Source: Octopus vulgaris (taxonomy: Eukaryota). From it: a stretch of DNA of 64,000 nt. The stretch covers positions 199,764,001-199,828,000 of the forward strand of contig OX597815.1 in the NCBI GenBank assembly GCA_951406725.2, in the 5' to 3' direction. The translations under genes and the position numbers were made by a program. This document shows positions 40,856 through 57,094 of the stretch, one piece after another (positions within the stretch are counted from its first letter, which is position 1; every line of letters starts with the position of its first letter). The notes beneath the pieces are model-generated. The model did not search any database. It was not told the origin of the DNA and was given only the letters and a program-made list of their open reading frames with translations.

Positions 40856-41644
40856 CATATTTGCAGAATTTCCACAATTCTGGAACCGAACAAGTTCTTC
40901 ATAAATGACAAATGATTGTCCGGAGGTGAATACACTGGTACACAATACAGAACTCTGGGTCCCCTGGCAGGAAATACCGGTCTTTCGTGATTATAGATCT
41001 TAAAAATATTGAGCAGTAGTAGAAGTGAAGTCTTCTGTCAGACATTGCAAAGCCAATGAAATGTGTGCTTTTTTTTTCTTTTTTCAAAAATCGTCACTGC
41101 TTTAGACTAATCTTTAAAATCTTCAAAACTGTTTACAAAAAAGAGAGTGTCAATCTTTTTTGATAATCAGATGTCTGGTAATTTTGCCAAAAAATTTTTT
41201 TATAAGCTGGAGATATTTCACTCTGATATTAATGGAGCCATGGCCAGCAGACGAACTGATACCGATGATATCCCTCGACCTGCAACCTCATTCAATGATA
41301 TAGAAGTGTTATTTGTAAAGAAAAGTTTACAATAACAACATCAACTGGCAGATGTTGTAGGCATCGCCAGAAAATAGTAGTACTTAAAAATGTATAGGCA
41401 CTGTTTTAGATCAGGAAGAAATAGTTCACTATCCTATAGCAGTTTTAAATTGGAACCGTCACGCCTACAACCGCGACAGCTTCAGCAAAGGAAGCTTTCC
41501 CAATAATGCTTCTCCGTCACTTAGGTCAGTAGTAGGGTGCAGCCATGGAAGGGAACAATAAAAATGGTTTAAAAAATTCATATCACATACCACCAAGACT
41601 ACTCTTTTCACTACGTACACCAACAGAAAGTATATATATATATA

Positions 41645-42146
41645 TTTATTTCTTAACTGTGCATAGGGGGCTAAACATAGAGGGGACAAACAAGGACAAA
41701 CAAAGGGATTAAGTTGATTATATCGACCCCCGAAAGGATGAAAAGCAAAGTCCACCTCGGTGGAATTTGAATTCAGAACGAAATACAGGGCAGAAGAAAT
41801 ACCTATTTCTTTACTACCCACAAGGGGCTAAACACAGAGGGGACAAACAAGGACAGACAAATGAATTAAGTCGATTATATCGACCCCAGTGTGTAACTGG
41901 TACTTAATTTATCGACCCCGAAAGAATGAAAGGAAAAGTCGACCTCGGCGGAAATTGAACTCAGAACGTAACGGCAGACGAAATACCTATTTCTTTACTA
42001 CCCACAAGGGGCTAAACACAGAAGGGACAAACAAGGACAGACAAATGGATTAAGTCGATTATATCGACCCCAGTACGTAACTGGTACTTATTTAATCGAC
42101 CCCGAAAGGATGAAAGGCAAAGTCAACCTCGGTGGAATTTGAACTC
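41645..42146 (-). mobile_element. SINE family C multimer, 5'-truncated
   Basis: About three units with the same junction. Confidence 0.88.
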
Positions 42147-42187
42147 GTGTTTCGAACGTAAGGGCACTGCTCTCTCACGCAATAATG

Positions 42188-42259
<72 letters not shown>

Positions 42260-43185
42260 GCAAAAAACTGTCACTCGCATGTTCAGGTGGTCATCTGTTT
42301 TCACTCTTATCATTTTGTATATGGGTATTGTATGATAATGCAAAATGCACTGCTCTCTTTTTGTAGAGATTTAGAGTGCAACTCACAGAAGGTCTGGGTA
42401 TAATCTAAGATCAAATATAAATATTGTTTGTACGCTAATATTGACCCAATGTGTTGCTTAAATCTCGTGTTCCGAACTCTAAATCTGCTTGTTTGTCATT
42501 TTACTATGCTTTCTGAATGAACTATAGATGTCATAGAAATGCCGTAGAAGGGTTGTACTATTTATTTTTGAAGTTAGTCTCTATATGAACTATGTTTATG
42601 TTCCTATATGTGATGCTTGGTTATAACTGATGTTCTCTAGCTTTGTTGATAAATACTTTAATTTTTTTTTTTTATTCTGCAAGTTTACTATTTCAGAGAT
42701 GGTGTTGATTGATGAAGGTCTGAACAAGTCAAGTAGTACTACTACTATGTCTAGAGAGAATTTAAAGATGTGACTATGTAGTTGTCTGCTTATGTGCGTG
42801 TATGTAAGTATTAAGGAGTCGTGGGAAGATCGTGTAGGTAATGATTTTAAAAACAGAACAGGTGAAAGATACTACATAGTTAAATTTGTATTAACGTCTT
42901 TAATGCAATAAACATCTAAAATCTAATTTGAAATAATTTTGCAGAGATGATAATACAACTTTTGCTAAATAATTGATATTTTAAAACTTTTCAAGTTCAA
43001 CATGTTGCGGTCTTATTAGACCTTCGCAGTGAGCATATATTTTTTTCTGTAGTTACATAGGAATCGATAAAAGTAGTTGTACAATATTGTACGTTAGTAG
43101 GTTTGGTTTTGTGTTTTTTTCCTCACAAACGTCGTAAATGGAGGCCTATAAGGGGTATGTAAACCAAAGCTTTGATGCCATCGAT

Positions 43186-43590
43186 GGCGCAGGAGAGGCC
43201 GTGTGGTAAGTAGCTTGCTTACCAACTACATGGTTCCGGGTTCAGTCTCACTGCGTGGCATCTTGGGCAAGTGTCTTCAACTATAGCCTCGGGCCGACCA
43301 AAACCTTGTGAGTGGATTTGGTAGACGGAAACCGAAAAAAGCCCGTCGTATGTATGTATATATATGTGTGTGTGTATGTTTGTGTGTCTGTGTTTGTACC
43401 CCTAGCATTACTTGACAACCGATGCTGGTGTGTTTACGTCCCCGTCACTTAGCAGTTCGGCAAAATAGTGCGATAGAATAAGTACTAGGCTTACAAGGAA
43501 TAAGTCCCGGGGTCGATTTGCTCGACTAAAGGCGGAGCTCCAGCATGGCCGCAGTCAAATGATTGAAACAAGTAAAAGAGTAAAAGAATA
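43186..43590 (+). mobile_element. SINE family A, full length
   Basis: Matches the family consensus. Confidence 0.92.
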
Positions 43591-44064
43591 GGTATAATAC
43601 ACACACACACACACAAATATTAACAGCATTTTGCAACGTTTCACCAAAAATGAGAATTACAAATGTGATTAGGATTGTAGGAGACACCTACACTGCTAGA
43701 AATAAGAGCTAAACCACTCTAATACCGTAAATAACGCACACGGATGAAGACATACACACTAACAGGGACCATGATCGTCCGAAAAGAGCCGAATGAGAAA
43801 TCTTAATACTGACGCGTCAGTTTCAGCAATTTCCGTTGCTTCATCAGTTAAAACCGCTCCATTTTTCGGATCTTTCTGGAATCGCTTCGCTATTAGTATT
43901 TATGTTTTCGAATCCAAATTATGGGATGATTTAGCGATTCGCTAATATGTATATATAAAATTAATATAAACAGCAGTTTGCAATGCTTCACCCCAAAATT
44001 CTTCGAGGTGGGGCCTCTGCATGACCACAATTTAATGACTGATATATATATATACAATTTTGAA

Positions 44065-44340
44065 GCCTGGTACTTATGCTATCGATCTCTTTGCCAAACT
44101 GCTAGGTTACAGGAGCGTAAACACATTAATACTGGTCGTCAAGCGGTGGTGGGGGACAGAGACACAAACACACACACATGTACGACGGGCTTCCTTAAGT
44201 TTCCGTCTACTGAATCCACTCACAAGGATTTGGTCGACCTGAGGCTAAAGAAGACACTTGCCCATGGATCCACGCAATGAGACTGAACCCTGAGCAATTT
44301 CGTTGGAAAGCAAGCTTCTTGCCACACAGCCACGCCTACG
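44065..44340 (-). mobile_element. SINE family A, older subfamily
   Basis: Diverged match to the family consensus. Confidence 0.8.
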
Positions 44341-45538
44341 CGTTTATATATATAATTAATAATATATGAGGGTAATAAAGATTTTAGAAATGTTTACTAC
44401 CTGTGGCGTAGCGTGTAGAAAACAATAGTCAATAGACTATATATTATTCATATAAATACAGTGTATATTTAAACACATAAGAGGTATCCGTCATAGGATT
44501 CCTTTCACGCTAGAAGGAACAGCTAAAATCCAAGCCACTATTAGGGATAAAAACTCGAAGGGAATGAAAATTAAAAACATTTACCATCTATCCGAGTTTT
44601 TGTCCCTAATAGTGGTTTGAACTTTAAATATATATATTTGGATTTTACGTGTATCGTCATAAGATTCCTTTCAAGCTAGAAGGAACACGTAAAGTCCAAA
44701 CCATATATATATATATATATATATTAAGGTATGTAGAAAAATACAACATGGACAAGAACGTATAACTCTTAGAAGACGACACAATAAACACGGACAGGAC
44801 ATTCGAAACCCTCAGTCTTCAGTCAAGAACCGGATCATCGTAGTAATTTCGGCTGATTAATCTTGAGATTACTAGATCACGGCCAGCCCTCCAAGAAAAA
44901 CTAAGCAACGAGCATTAGAAAAACTAAGCTGGGAGCGTAGATTTCCTGGAAGAAGGATCGAATGCATACGAACACCAGGACAGCAAAAGGGACAGATATA
45001 AAAAAACAAAAAACAATAATGGAATACAGAAACATGAAATACAGAAGCATTAACGGTGAAAACAACAACAAGTGTCTTACGACTGATAACAAGCAAACAA
45101 ATTTTTTCTCTGGCGCATTGGAAAGGAGCCTTATCGGCGATGCCTATAGCGGCGGACGAAAAACAACGATGTTAACACGACGCTGGTGAGAAGCTGAAAG
45201 GCAGATTTCGGCCAGCAGTCACGCGACAGAGAAGAGAGAAAAGAAAAGAAAGAGAAGCAAAGGAAGAGAGAGAGAGAGGAGGGACAAACGCAACAAAGAG
45301 AGAGAAGAGAGAGAAAGAAGGAATCAGAGAGGAGAAGCGATGGGTGTCGAAGATTGACCTGTGAGTGCAGAGCGAGACAAAGAAATAGGAGGGTAGTGGA
45401 AGGTTAGACCAAAGAATCAGAGGAAAGAGAAGAGAAAAAGAGGATGAGTAGAGAGAAAAGAGAGAGAAGGGGACAGATCAAGTAAAAGTGAGAGAGAGAG
45501 AGAGAGACAAACAGAGAGTCGTACCAATTATTAAGAAT

Positions 45539-45600
<62 letters not shown>

Positions 45601-46252
45601 ATATATATATGTATGTATATGTATGTGTATAAACTGTGCATACTTGAGTTTTGTTTGTTTCTATTTTTTGTTTTTTGAGGACTGAGGTGGTTGATTGTTG
45701 TCGTCTGATCCATGTTATGATAGAGTTGGAAAGGGAGATGTGTAGGTTTGCGATATCAAAGATGAGACTTTCCAACATTTTTGAGTGCGGTGGATTTGTG
45801 CGACGTCCTTTTATTGATTTCACCCTGTCTCCCGTTGCTTTGAATAGTAAGTGGTAAAGCTCATTACTAACGTAACCCCCATCAAGTCGGGGTACGATTA
45901 AACGGATTCTAGCCATTTGTGTAGTTTTTCTCTTTGTTTTGAGGCATAATGCATCTAGGATTACATCATGCGATCCGTCATCGTTTGAAAGATAGCAATG
46001 AAGGATATGACAGAGATACGACTGCTAATAGTAGCAGGTATTTACTTTCAGGTCAACCTGGACTGGGTTGACCAATATTTAAAGGCATTCAAGACGTTGG
46101 ATCTACCGCTATTTTAGGGACATGTTACATTACATTATTCAGTGTCCTTTAAAGAAAAAGTTTCGACCGTATAACGTTATTTCAGAGATTTGTCAGGCTT
46201 CAGTTCACTTTCCTTTTGGTGGTTCAGTAGCCTGGCGATTACATGCTTCCTT

Positions 46253-47823
46253 CAGACCCTATGTGATTTAGGGTCCGAAGTAATCAAACAGCCTATGATT
46301 TTTTTCCAGATCTTTATACTTTCCAGCTTTTAAATTTCAGTAAGGCTTTTTTGATGTCTTCTGATACTTCCTGCAGACCCTATGTGATTTAGGGTCCGAA
46401 GTAATCAAACAGCCTATGACTTTTTTTCCAGATCTTTATACTTTCCAGCTTTTAAATTTCAGTAAGGCTTTTTTGATGTCTTCTGATACTTCCTGCAGAC
46501 CCTATGTGATTTAGGGTCCGAAGTAATCAAACAGCCTATGACTTTTTTTCCAGATCTTTATACTTTCCAGCTTTTAAATTTCAGTAATGCTTTTTTGATG
46601 TCTTCTGATACTTCCTGCAGACCCTATGTGATTTAGGGTCCGAAGTAATCAAACAGCCTATGACTTTTTTTCCAGATCTTTATACTTTCCAGCTTTTAAA
46701 TTTCAGTAAGGCTTTTTTGATGTCTTCTGATACTTCCTGCAGACCCTATGTGATTTAGGGTCCGAAGTAATCAAACAGCCTATGATTTTTTTCCAGATCT
46801 TTATACTTTCCAGCTTTTAAATTTCAGTAAGGCTTTTTTGATGTCTTCTGATACTTCCTGCAGACCCTATGTGATTTAGGGTCCGAAGTAATCAAACAGC
46901 CTATGACTTTTTTTCCAGATCTTTATACTTTCCAGCTTTTAAATATCAGTAAGGCTTTTTTGATGTCTTCTGATACTTCCTGCAGACCCTATGTGATTTA
47001 GGGTCCGAAGTAATCAAACAGCCTATGACTTTTTTTCCAGATCTTTATACTTTCCAGCTTTTAAATATCAGTAAGGCTTTTTTGATGTCTTCTGATACTT
47101 CCTGCAGACCCTATGTGATTTAGGGTCCGAAGTAATCAAACAGCCTATGATTTTTTTCCAGATCTTTATACTTTCCAGCTTTTAAATATCAGTAAGGCTT
47201 TTTTGATGTCTTCTGATACTTCCTGCAGACCCTATGTGATTTAGGGTCCGAAGTAATCAAACAGCCTATGACTTTTTTTCCAGATCTTTATACTTTCCAG
47301 CTTTTAAATTTCAGTAAGGCTTTTTTGATGTCTTCTGATACTTCCTGCAGACCCTATGTGATTTAGGGTCCGAAGTAATCAAACAGCCTATGATTTTTTT
47401 CCAGATCTTTATACTTTCCAGCTTTTAAATTTCAGTAAGGCTTTTTTGATGTCTTCTGATACTTCCTGCAGACCCTATGTGATTTAGGGTCCGAAGTAAT
47501 CAAACAGCCTATGACTTTTTTTCCAGATCTTTATACTTTCCAGCTTTTAAATTTCAGTAAGGCTTTTTTGATGTCTTCTGATACTTCCTGCAGACCCTAT
47601 GTGATTTAGGGTCCGAAGTAATCAAACAGCCTATGACTTTTTTTCCAGATCTTTATACTTTCCAGCTTTTAAATTTCAGTAAGGCTTTTTTGATGTCTTC
47701 TGATACTTCCTGCAGACCCTATGTGATTTAGGGTCCGAAGTAATCAAACAGCCTATGACTTTTTTCCAGATCTTTATACTTTCCAGCTTTTAAATTTCAG
47801 TAAGGCTTTTTTGATGTCTTCTG
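46253..47823. repeat. Tandem array of 13 x 121-122 bp
   Basis: Unit cagaccctatgtgatttagggtccgaagtaatcaaacagcc...gatgtcttctgatacttcctg; copies nearly identical. Confidence 0.97.
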
Positions 47824-48030
47824 GAAGGAAAGCGTGGAAATCATGGTTGAGCCTAAATGTAGTTTGCATTTTGTATTCTTGGTATTTATAGAGTTCGATA
47901 AACATCTGATTAAGGCGTTTGCTTTCCGTTGGAGTATGTTGTCTGAAGTTGTTATGGAACTGTGATCTGGCCATTCTCAGAGTTGTCGATGCCGCTAATT
48001 ACTTTGTTAAGCGATGTGTTGCTTTTTGTG
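47760..48030 (-). pseudogene. REL-endonuclease remnant of an R4/Dong-like LINE, continuous with the last array unit
   Basis: With frameshifts the minus strand reads ENGQITV..SDV..TKCKL..PEDIKKALLKFK..KYKDLEKKV, matching the spacing of P.D.N...KE..KLSKYKDLE at 31155-31220. Confidence 0.6.
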
Positions 48031-48094
48031 AGGTTTATGTTTTCTCTCTCTCTTTCTCTTTTACTTTTATATATATATATATATATATATATAC

Positions 48095-48470
48095 GTCGTG
48101 GCCCACCGTTGGTTACGGCGACGAGGGTTCCAGTTGATCCGATCAACGGAACAGCCTGCTCAGGAAATAGGCTGAGCGCTCCACAGAGACACGTGTACTC
48201 TTAACGTAGTTCTCGGGGAGATTCAGCGTCACAAAGGGCCAGCTTCAAAGGGCCAGTGTAACAAGGCTTGCCCTTTGAAATACAAGTACAATAGAAACAT
48301 CATGAATTGCCGGAATTAAAAGCTGTCGCAACTTCACCATATTACACATTTTTGCAACGTGAAATGAAGCATTTTGATTCAGAACACAATGTCTCATTCC
48401 GTCCAAGAATCGAACCCACAATCTTACGATCATAAGTACTACCCACTAACCTCTAAGACATACACATCCA
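48095..48470 (-). mobile_element. CORE-like SINE sharing tail type 2 with the 33321 copy
   Basis: gttacggcgacgagggttccagttgatccgatcaacggaacagcctgctc is the reverse complement of the 33640-33695 tail; tRNA-like head at about 48400-48470. Confidence 0.75.
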
Positions 48471-48666
48471 CATGCTATTGTGCATGTATTATATAAATTT
48501 CTATGACATAGTCTGCTACCCAGGGTTTTGTTGTTTCTTATATAATTGTTTAATATTTTTTTTTTTATTTTGTTTATAAGTGTGAAACAGAAAAAAACTG
48601 AGTCACAATTTTTGCTGGCGTTGATATTAGGTAAACTTATAATTCGTCTTTCTCTATGTATTCATG

Positions 48667-48937
48667 TGGAGGCACATGGCATAGTGGTGAGATCAGCGGA
48701 CTCGCAGTCGAGGGATCGCGGGTTCGAATCTCAGACAGGGTGATGTGTGTGTGTTTATGAGCGAAACACCTTAGCTCCACGTAGCTCCGGCAGAACGTAA
48801 TGGCGAATTTCTGCTGACTCTTTCGCCACGACATTCTGCGACGGACTGGCGTCCCATCCAGGTGGGGAACCTATACGCCAAGGAAACCGGGAAACCAGCC
48901 CTTATGAGCCAGGCGTGGCTCGAGAAGGAACAAACAG
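48667..48937 (+). mobile_element. SINE family B1 with an internal deletion
   Basis: A and B boxes; TSD ctatgtatt(c/a)atg. Confidence 0.88.
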
Positions 48938-49629
48938 CTATGTATTAATGGTTGATGAGTAAACAATTCTGAATCCGTATCGTAATTTTGCGAGGGGAAA
49001 GTGTGGGTTGGTGATATCAAAAAGTATTTCTAACATTTATGGTGGTGTGCATATATGTATATATAGGGTGAGATGTGTACGTTGATGAACCTTGTGGGCT
49101 TTTTGTTTTCTTTTGCCTTTGTTTTATTATTATTATTTTATTTTTTTTTGTATTTTCCGCTTTTGTAGAGAGTTTAAAATTGTAATGGTTTTAACCAGTT
49201 TTTAGATTCTGTGGGTTTGGAAATGTAGATACACTTAGATGTTGTTTAAGTCCCGCTGAACCAATTCATGATCAAAGGAGATTCAAGCATATCCATACTG
49301 TGTTTCATTTTGTTTTCAGTGTATATAGGACTTCATTATTCAATGAATTCGTCTTTTTTTTAAGCAGTGGGTTGAGGTGTATATAAAAGGAATAACGTCA
49401 ACGTTTCCAAAGAAGTATCTTACAAACCAACATCGAAATATACAATCCCATTTACACGACTGACATGAACAACATGGTGAGAGATAACTTCAAAAGCGTT
49501 GAACCAACACCAGATGCAGCAAAAATTAAACGCAGCATCTAAACGAAGAAATAACAATGGAAATAAACAGAAAACTAATAACCATTCAAAATTACCAACA
49601 AAACAAAAAATTAAAAAAAAAAACACACA

Positions 49630-50038
49630 GAGTGGCTGTGTGGCAAGTAGCTTGCTAACCAACCACATGGTTCCGGATTCAGTCCCACTGCGTGGCATCT
49701 TGGGCAAGTGTCTTCTGCTATAGCCCCGGGCCGACCAATGACTTGTGAGTGGATTTGGTAGACGGAAACTGAAAGAAGCCTGTCGTGTATATGTATATAT
49801 ATATAAGTGTGTGTGTATATGTTTGTGTGTCTGTGTTTGTCCCCCTAGCATTGCTTGACAACCGATGCTGGTGTGTTTACGTCCCCGTCACTTAGCGGTT
49901 CGGCAAAAGAGACCGATAGAATAAGTACTGGGCTTACAAAGAATAAGTCCCGGGGTCGATTTGCTCGACTAAAGGCGGTGCTCCAGCATGGCCGCAGTCA
50001 AATGACTGAAACAAGTAAAAGAGTAAAAGAGAAAGAGT
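49630..50038 (+). mobile_element. SINE family A
   Basis: Matches the family consensus. Confidence 0.92.
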
Positions 50039-50059
50039 ATATATATATATATAAATAAG

Positions 50060-50112
<53 letters not shown>

Positions 50113-50115
<3 letters not shown>

Positions 50116-50339
50116 AGGGGGGGGGACTGAAAGGTTCCTGGTTTTGGGTAAAAGAAAATAATGGAGGGTCAGTGATTTATGATTTTATTCAACATATAAT
50201 CTCCTCTCAGATTCACACACTTATTGCAGCGGTCCTCCACTTTTTCTAAGCCCGGTAAAAGAACTCGGAAGGCTGGACCACAAAGGAGGCCTTTCGCGCT
50301 GCCCTTAAAACTAGGACGTTTTCAGCAAACCCCTTCGTG
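50113..50339. mobile_element. Mariner-type MITE
   Basis: Imperfect TIRs caagggg..ctgaaaggttcctggtttt and aaaactaggacgttttcagcaaaccccttcg, at a TA site. Confidence 0.65.
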
Positions 50340-50829
50340 CATACACATACGGGTTACGCCTCGTCGCTCGGTCGATTAATAATGTACTTTAGGGTTTTAC
50401 TTGATCAGCAGCAACAATAACCAATAACACCAATGGGAACAGCAGAAACATCAGCAACAACATCAACAACTACAACAGCAACAACTACAAAAATAATATC
50501 GGCTTAGTTTCTTCTCGCCACCAACTTGCATATCTCCATCATTAACATGATTCCTCTCATCTTATTAACGCAAACAACAGCATCACTACGACTGCGGACG
50601 TGAGCACCACTAACCCCACCGCCAAAAAAAAAAAGATAACAATCCATGTGACCACTACCAAGCACCACCACCACCACAACCACCAAAACCACCACTATCA
50701 CCACCATAACTGCTAACTTTGCCAACAAAGCTTCCACCACTAATACAATCAGTAACACCAGTACTATAATCATCAATGTTTTCGCTACTACTAACGGCGG
50801 TACACGACTACCATTACGACCGGCCCTGA

Positions 50830-53590
<2,761 letters not shown>

Positions 53591-53911
53591 GTTCTGAATA
53601 TGTTCATGTATTAGTTTTACTTTTGTTTCGACCCTCACGTCTGTCCGTGACTTCCAAGCATCGTTTCCTCAATGTATCAATGATTTCCTCCCCCCCTCTC
53701 TCTCTCTTACCACACACACACGCACACACTTACTTAGATAAGCTAACCTCCGAGTTACGTGGACTCCGGTTACAGAGCAGAGTTTTGCATTTACAGAAAA
53801 TGTAAGGTCTGGTAACTAATTTCGGAAAATGGTTTACAGTTACGTCGTTACGGAAACTCTCTCAGAAATGGATTAAGTTACTCATCCATCTTAGTCAAAA
53901 GACCAATTCTC

Positions 53912-54087
53912 GGAAACTGAAAGAAGCCCGTCGTATATATCTGTATATATTTTCTGTGTCCGTTTCTGTAGAAGAGCGTAGGCTCGAAACGCAAAAGACT
54001 TTTTCAATTCCTGAGCGTTATACTAATACATCTGTTTGTTTTCTACACCGCCTGTCTTCGTCTTTTGTTTTTTCGTGAACTCTTCCC

Positions 54088-54174
<87 letters not shown>

Positions 54175-54278
54175 TGTGTTTATGTGTGTGTGTGTGTGTG
54201 TGTATGTTTGCGTGTCTGTGTTTGTTCCTCCACCATCACTTGACAACCGATATTGGTGTGTTTACGTCCTCCTAACTT
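53912..54278 (+). mobile_element. SINE A fragment with a family H1 element (53950-54090) inside its internal (TA)n
   Basis: ggaaactgaaagaagcccgtcgtatat, then H1 (cleavage triplet reads GCA), then (TA)n(TG)n and the SINE A 3' part. Confidence 0.8.
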
Positions 54279-54713
54279 AAGTCTGACTATACCAACAATG
54301 ATGTCTGTCTGCTCCCTCAGCCCTACTCCTAACAGATACTGCCTTCTGTTCTCTCACCCTTAGATATACATGGGATTTTATAAACTAGTCTATAAATTAA
54401 AGCTGATCCCATGAAAACATAAAAATCAGTGATAGGCAGAGTCTGTAACAATGTATATCTTCTTGAAAAGCTTTGTAACTTCTATGCTGGAGTGAGGCAG
54501 CATGTTCTTTGTCTGTCTCCTTAAATTCTTGGAGATTTTAGGTATAATTATACTAATGTGTCCATCTGTTCTAATTTAATTAATTTCTATGCCTTTGTGC
54601 AACTGAAGATTGCTCTGCATTTTAAATTGATGTAATGATTGCATCGTTCAATTAAATGGAGTTACATGAAACGATCGTACTGCATTACCTCTGGATATCC
54701 TTGTTGCTTATTT

Positions 54714-54767
<54 letters not shown>

Positions 54768-54802
54768 ATATATATGTATACATATATATATATGTATATA
54801 TA

Positions 54803-54873
<71 letters not shown>

Positions 54874-54908
54874 ACATATATATATACATATATATATATG
54901 TATATATA

Positions 54909-54947
<39 letters not shown>

Positions 54948-55004
54948 TGTTTGTATACAACATATGTATGAGTATGTATCTATGTATGAGTGTGTGTGTG
55001 TGTA

Positions 55005-55178
55005 TATACGTGTGTGTCATTATGTCTGTTTTATCGCCCCATTACCGCTTGACAACCGGTGTTGGTGTATTTTCTTCCCTCTAGCATAACGTTTCGGCAA
55101 AAGAGACCGATATTTGTTTGACACTAAAACCCTTCTAATCGATGTTCCAGCATTGTCACAGTCAAATAACTGAAAGAA
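55005..55178 (+). mobile_element. SINE family A, 3' fragment, old
   Basis: ccgcttgacaaccggtgttggtg...ccagcattgtcacagtcaaataactgaaa. Confidence 0.7.
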
Positions 55179-55847
55179 TATATATATATATATATATATA
55201 CACCATGGCATTGTCACATTATGATATTAATACAAGTTATAATTCAACCGATGGGCTTCCGCACAATTTTCTTCAACTCATCTTCACTGATGTGTGTTTG
55301 GCTGATGCGAAGCTATGGTAAAAGCTACTTGCATAGGAGGCTACGCAGTAGGTTCGAACTCATGGTTTTGCGATTGGAAAGCGAACTGTTGAGCAGTTCG
55401 GTCATACACTTACAAATATACACCAACACCAAAATACATCAAAACTTTTTAAAATCATTAAAGAATAATAGCAGAACACTCCAATAAAACCGAAAAACAG
55501 TGAATGTAATAGATACGATAATATTGCACTGGTTACGAAACATATGTAATGTAGTCTTTAGAGATCAGTTACACAGCATATACGAATATCTCATTTTAAA
55601 GATCTGTAAAAAGAGACACTTCAACTGAAATAACACGGAACTTACTACTCTTGTATTCAGGCTAAAGAATTTCGTTTGTTCCTCTTACGATAAGTGAATT
55701 TTATTATGTAGTAGTAGATTTGTATAGAAAACAAGAGAAATTGTCTTGCATCCTTTAAAACGTTAAAACATTAATCGAATCGATTAGTGGTTCAGTGAAT
55801 ATTTGCAAAACAGTGTAATGGATCTCTATTCGATTTTCTTGGAATGA

Positions 55848-56032
55848 ACATACACACCATAATCCCACATGTGTATATAGAATACACAAACACCAATACA
55901 AATAGTAATCAAACATATACACTTGTATACAAGAGACACATACACCATAATCCCACATGTGTATATAGAATACACAAACACCAATACAAATAGTAATCAA
56001 ACATATACCCTTGTATACAAGAGACACATACA
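55848..56032. repeat. Tandem duplication, two copies of ~88 bp
   Basis: caccataatcccacatgtgtatatagaatacacaaacacc...tgtatacaagagacacatacac occurs twice. Confidence 0.9.
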
Positions 56033-56259
56033 CATATTACATGAGCACAAGTATATCTACGCATATACACCAATATATACGCCTCCTTATATGCACACAC
56101 TAACTCATTTACATATTCATGGTGGTTGGATTATAACAGACTTAGATAGAGAAATATACATATTTACCAATATATTATGAAACGAACAACATCGTAGCTG
56201 ATGGTGAGGCAGGAGTAGAAGAAAGGGGCTTGGGGATCTATAACTTATCTTGTATTTGC

Positions 56260-57087
56260 TTATTTCTTTATTGCCCACAAGGGGCTAAAGCAGAGGAGGC
56301 AAACAAAGGGATTAAGTCGATTACATCGTCCCCAGTGCGTAACTGGTACTTATTTAATCGAACCCGAAAGGATGAAAGGCAAAGTCGACCTTGGCGGAAT
56401 TTGAACTCAGAACGTAACGGCAGACGAAATACCTATTTCTTTACTACCCAAAAGGGGCTAAACACAGAGAGGACAAACAAGGACAGACAAACGGATTAAG
56501 TCGATTACATCGACCCCAGTGCGTAACTGGTACTTAATTTATCGACCCCGAAAGGATGAAAGGCAAAGTCGATCTTGGCGGAATTTGAACTCAGAACGTA
56601 ACGACAGACGAAATATATATTTCTTTACCACCCACAAGGCGCTAAACACAAAAGGGACAAACAAGGACAGACAAACAGAATAAGTCGATTACATCGACCC
56701 CAGTGCGTAACTGGTACTTATTTAATCGAAGGCAGAAACGTTAGCACGCCGGGCGAAATGCTTAGCGGTATTTCGTCTGTCGTTACGTTCTGAGTTCAAA
56801 TTCCGCAGAGGTCGACTTTGCCTTTCATCCTTTCGGGGTCAATAAATTAAGTACCAGTTACATACTGGGGGTCGATATAATCGACTTAATCCGTTTGTCT
56901 GCCCTTGTTTGTCCTCTCTGTGTTTAGCCCCTTGTGGGTAGTAAAGAAACAGGTACTTATTTAATCGACCCCGAAAGGATGAAAGGCAAAGTCGACCTCG
57001 GCGGAATTTGAACTCAGAACGTAACGGCAGACGAAATACCGCTAAGCATTTCGCCCGGCGTGCTAACGTTTCCCCCAGTTCGCCGTC
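56260..57087 (-). mobile_element. SINE family C multimer containing an antisense copy of the same family (56730-56950)
   Basis: The plus-strand copy is flanked by a 17 bp TSD, ggtacttatttaatcga. Confidence 0.88.
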
Positions 57088-57094
57088 CTAATAA

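Noticed and set aside
42685-42725. Possible micro-exon (tttcag|...gaag|gtctga)
   Set aside because: Weak donor site and no supporting neighbouring exons; expected by chance.
44725-45916. Possible Penelope-like 3' end (DGGYVSNELYHLL; CTGAAGA at about 44815-44825 on the minus strand)
   Set aside because: Suggestive only; no recognisable RT or GIY-YIG motif and the hammerhead stems could not be assembled.
46253-47823. CRISPR-like array
   Set aside because: No unique spacers, whole units are repeated, the context is eukaryotic and there are no cas genes.
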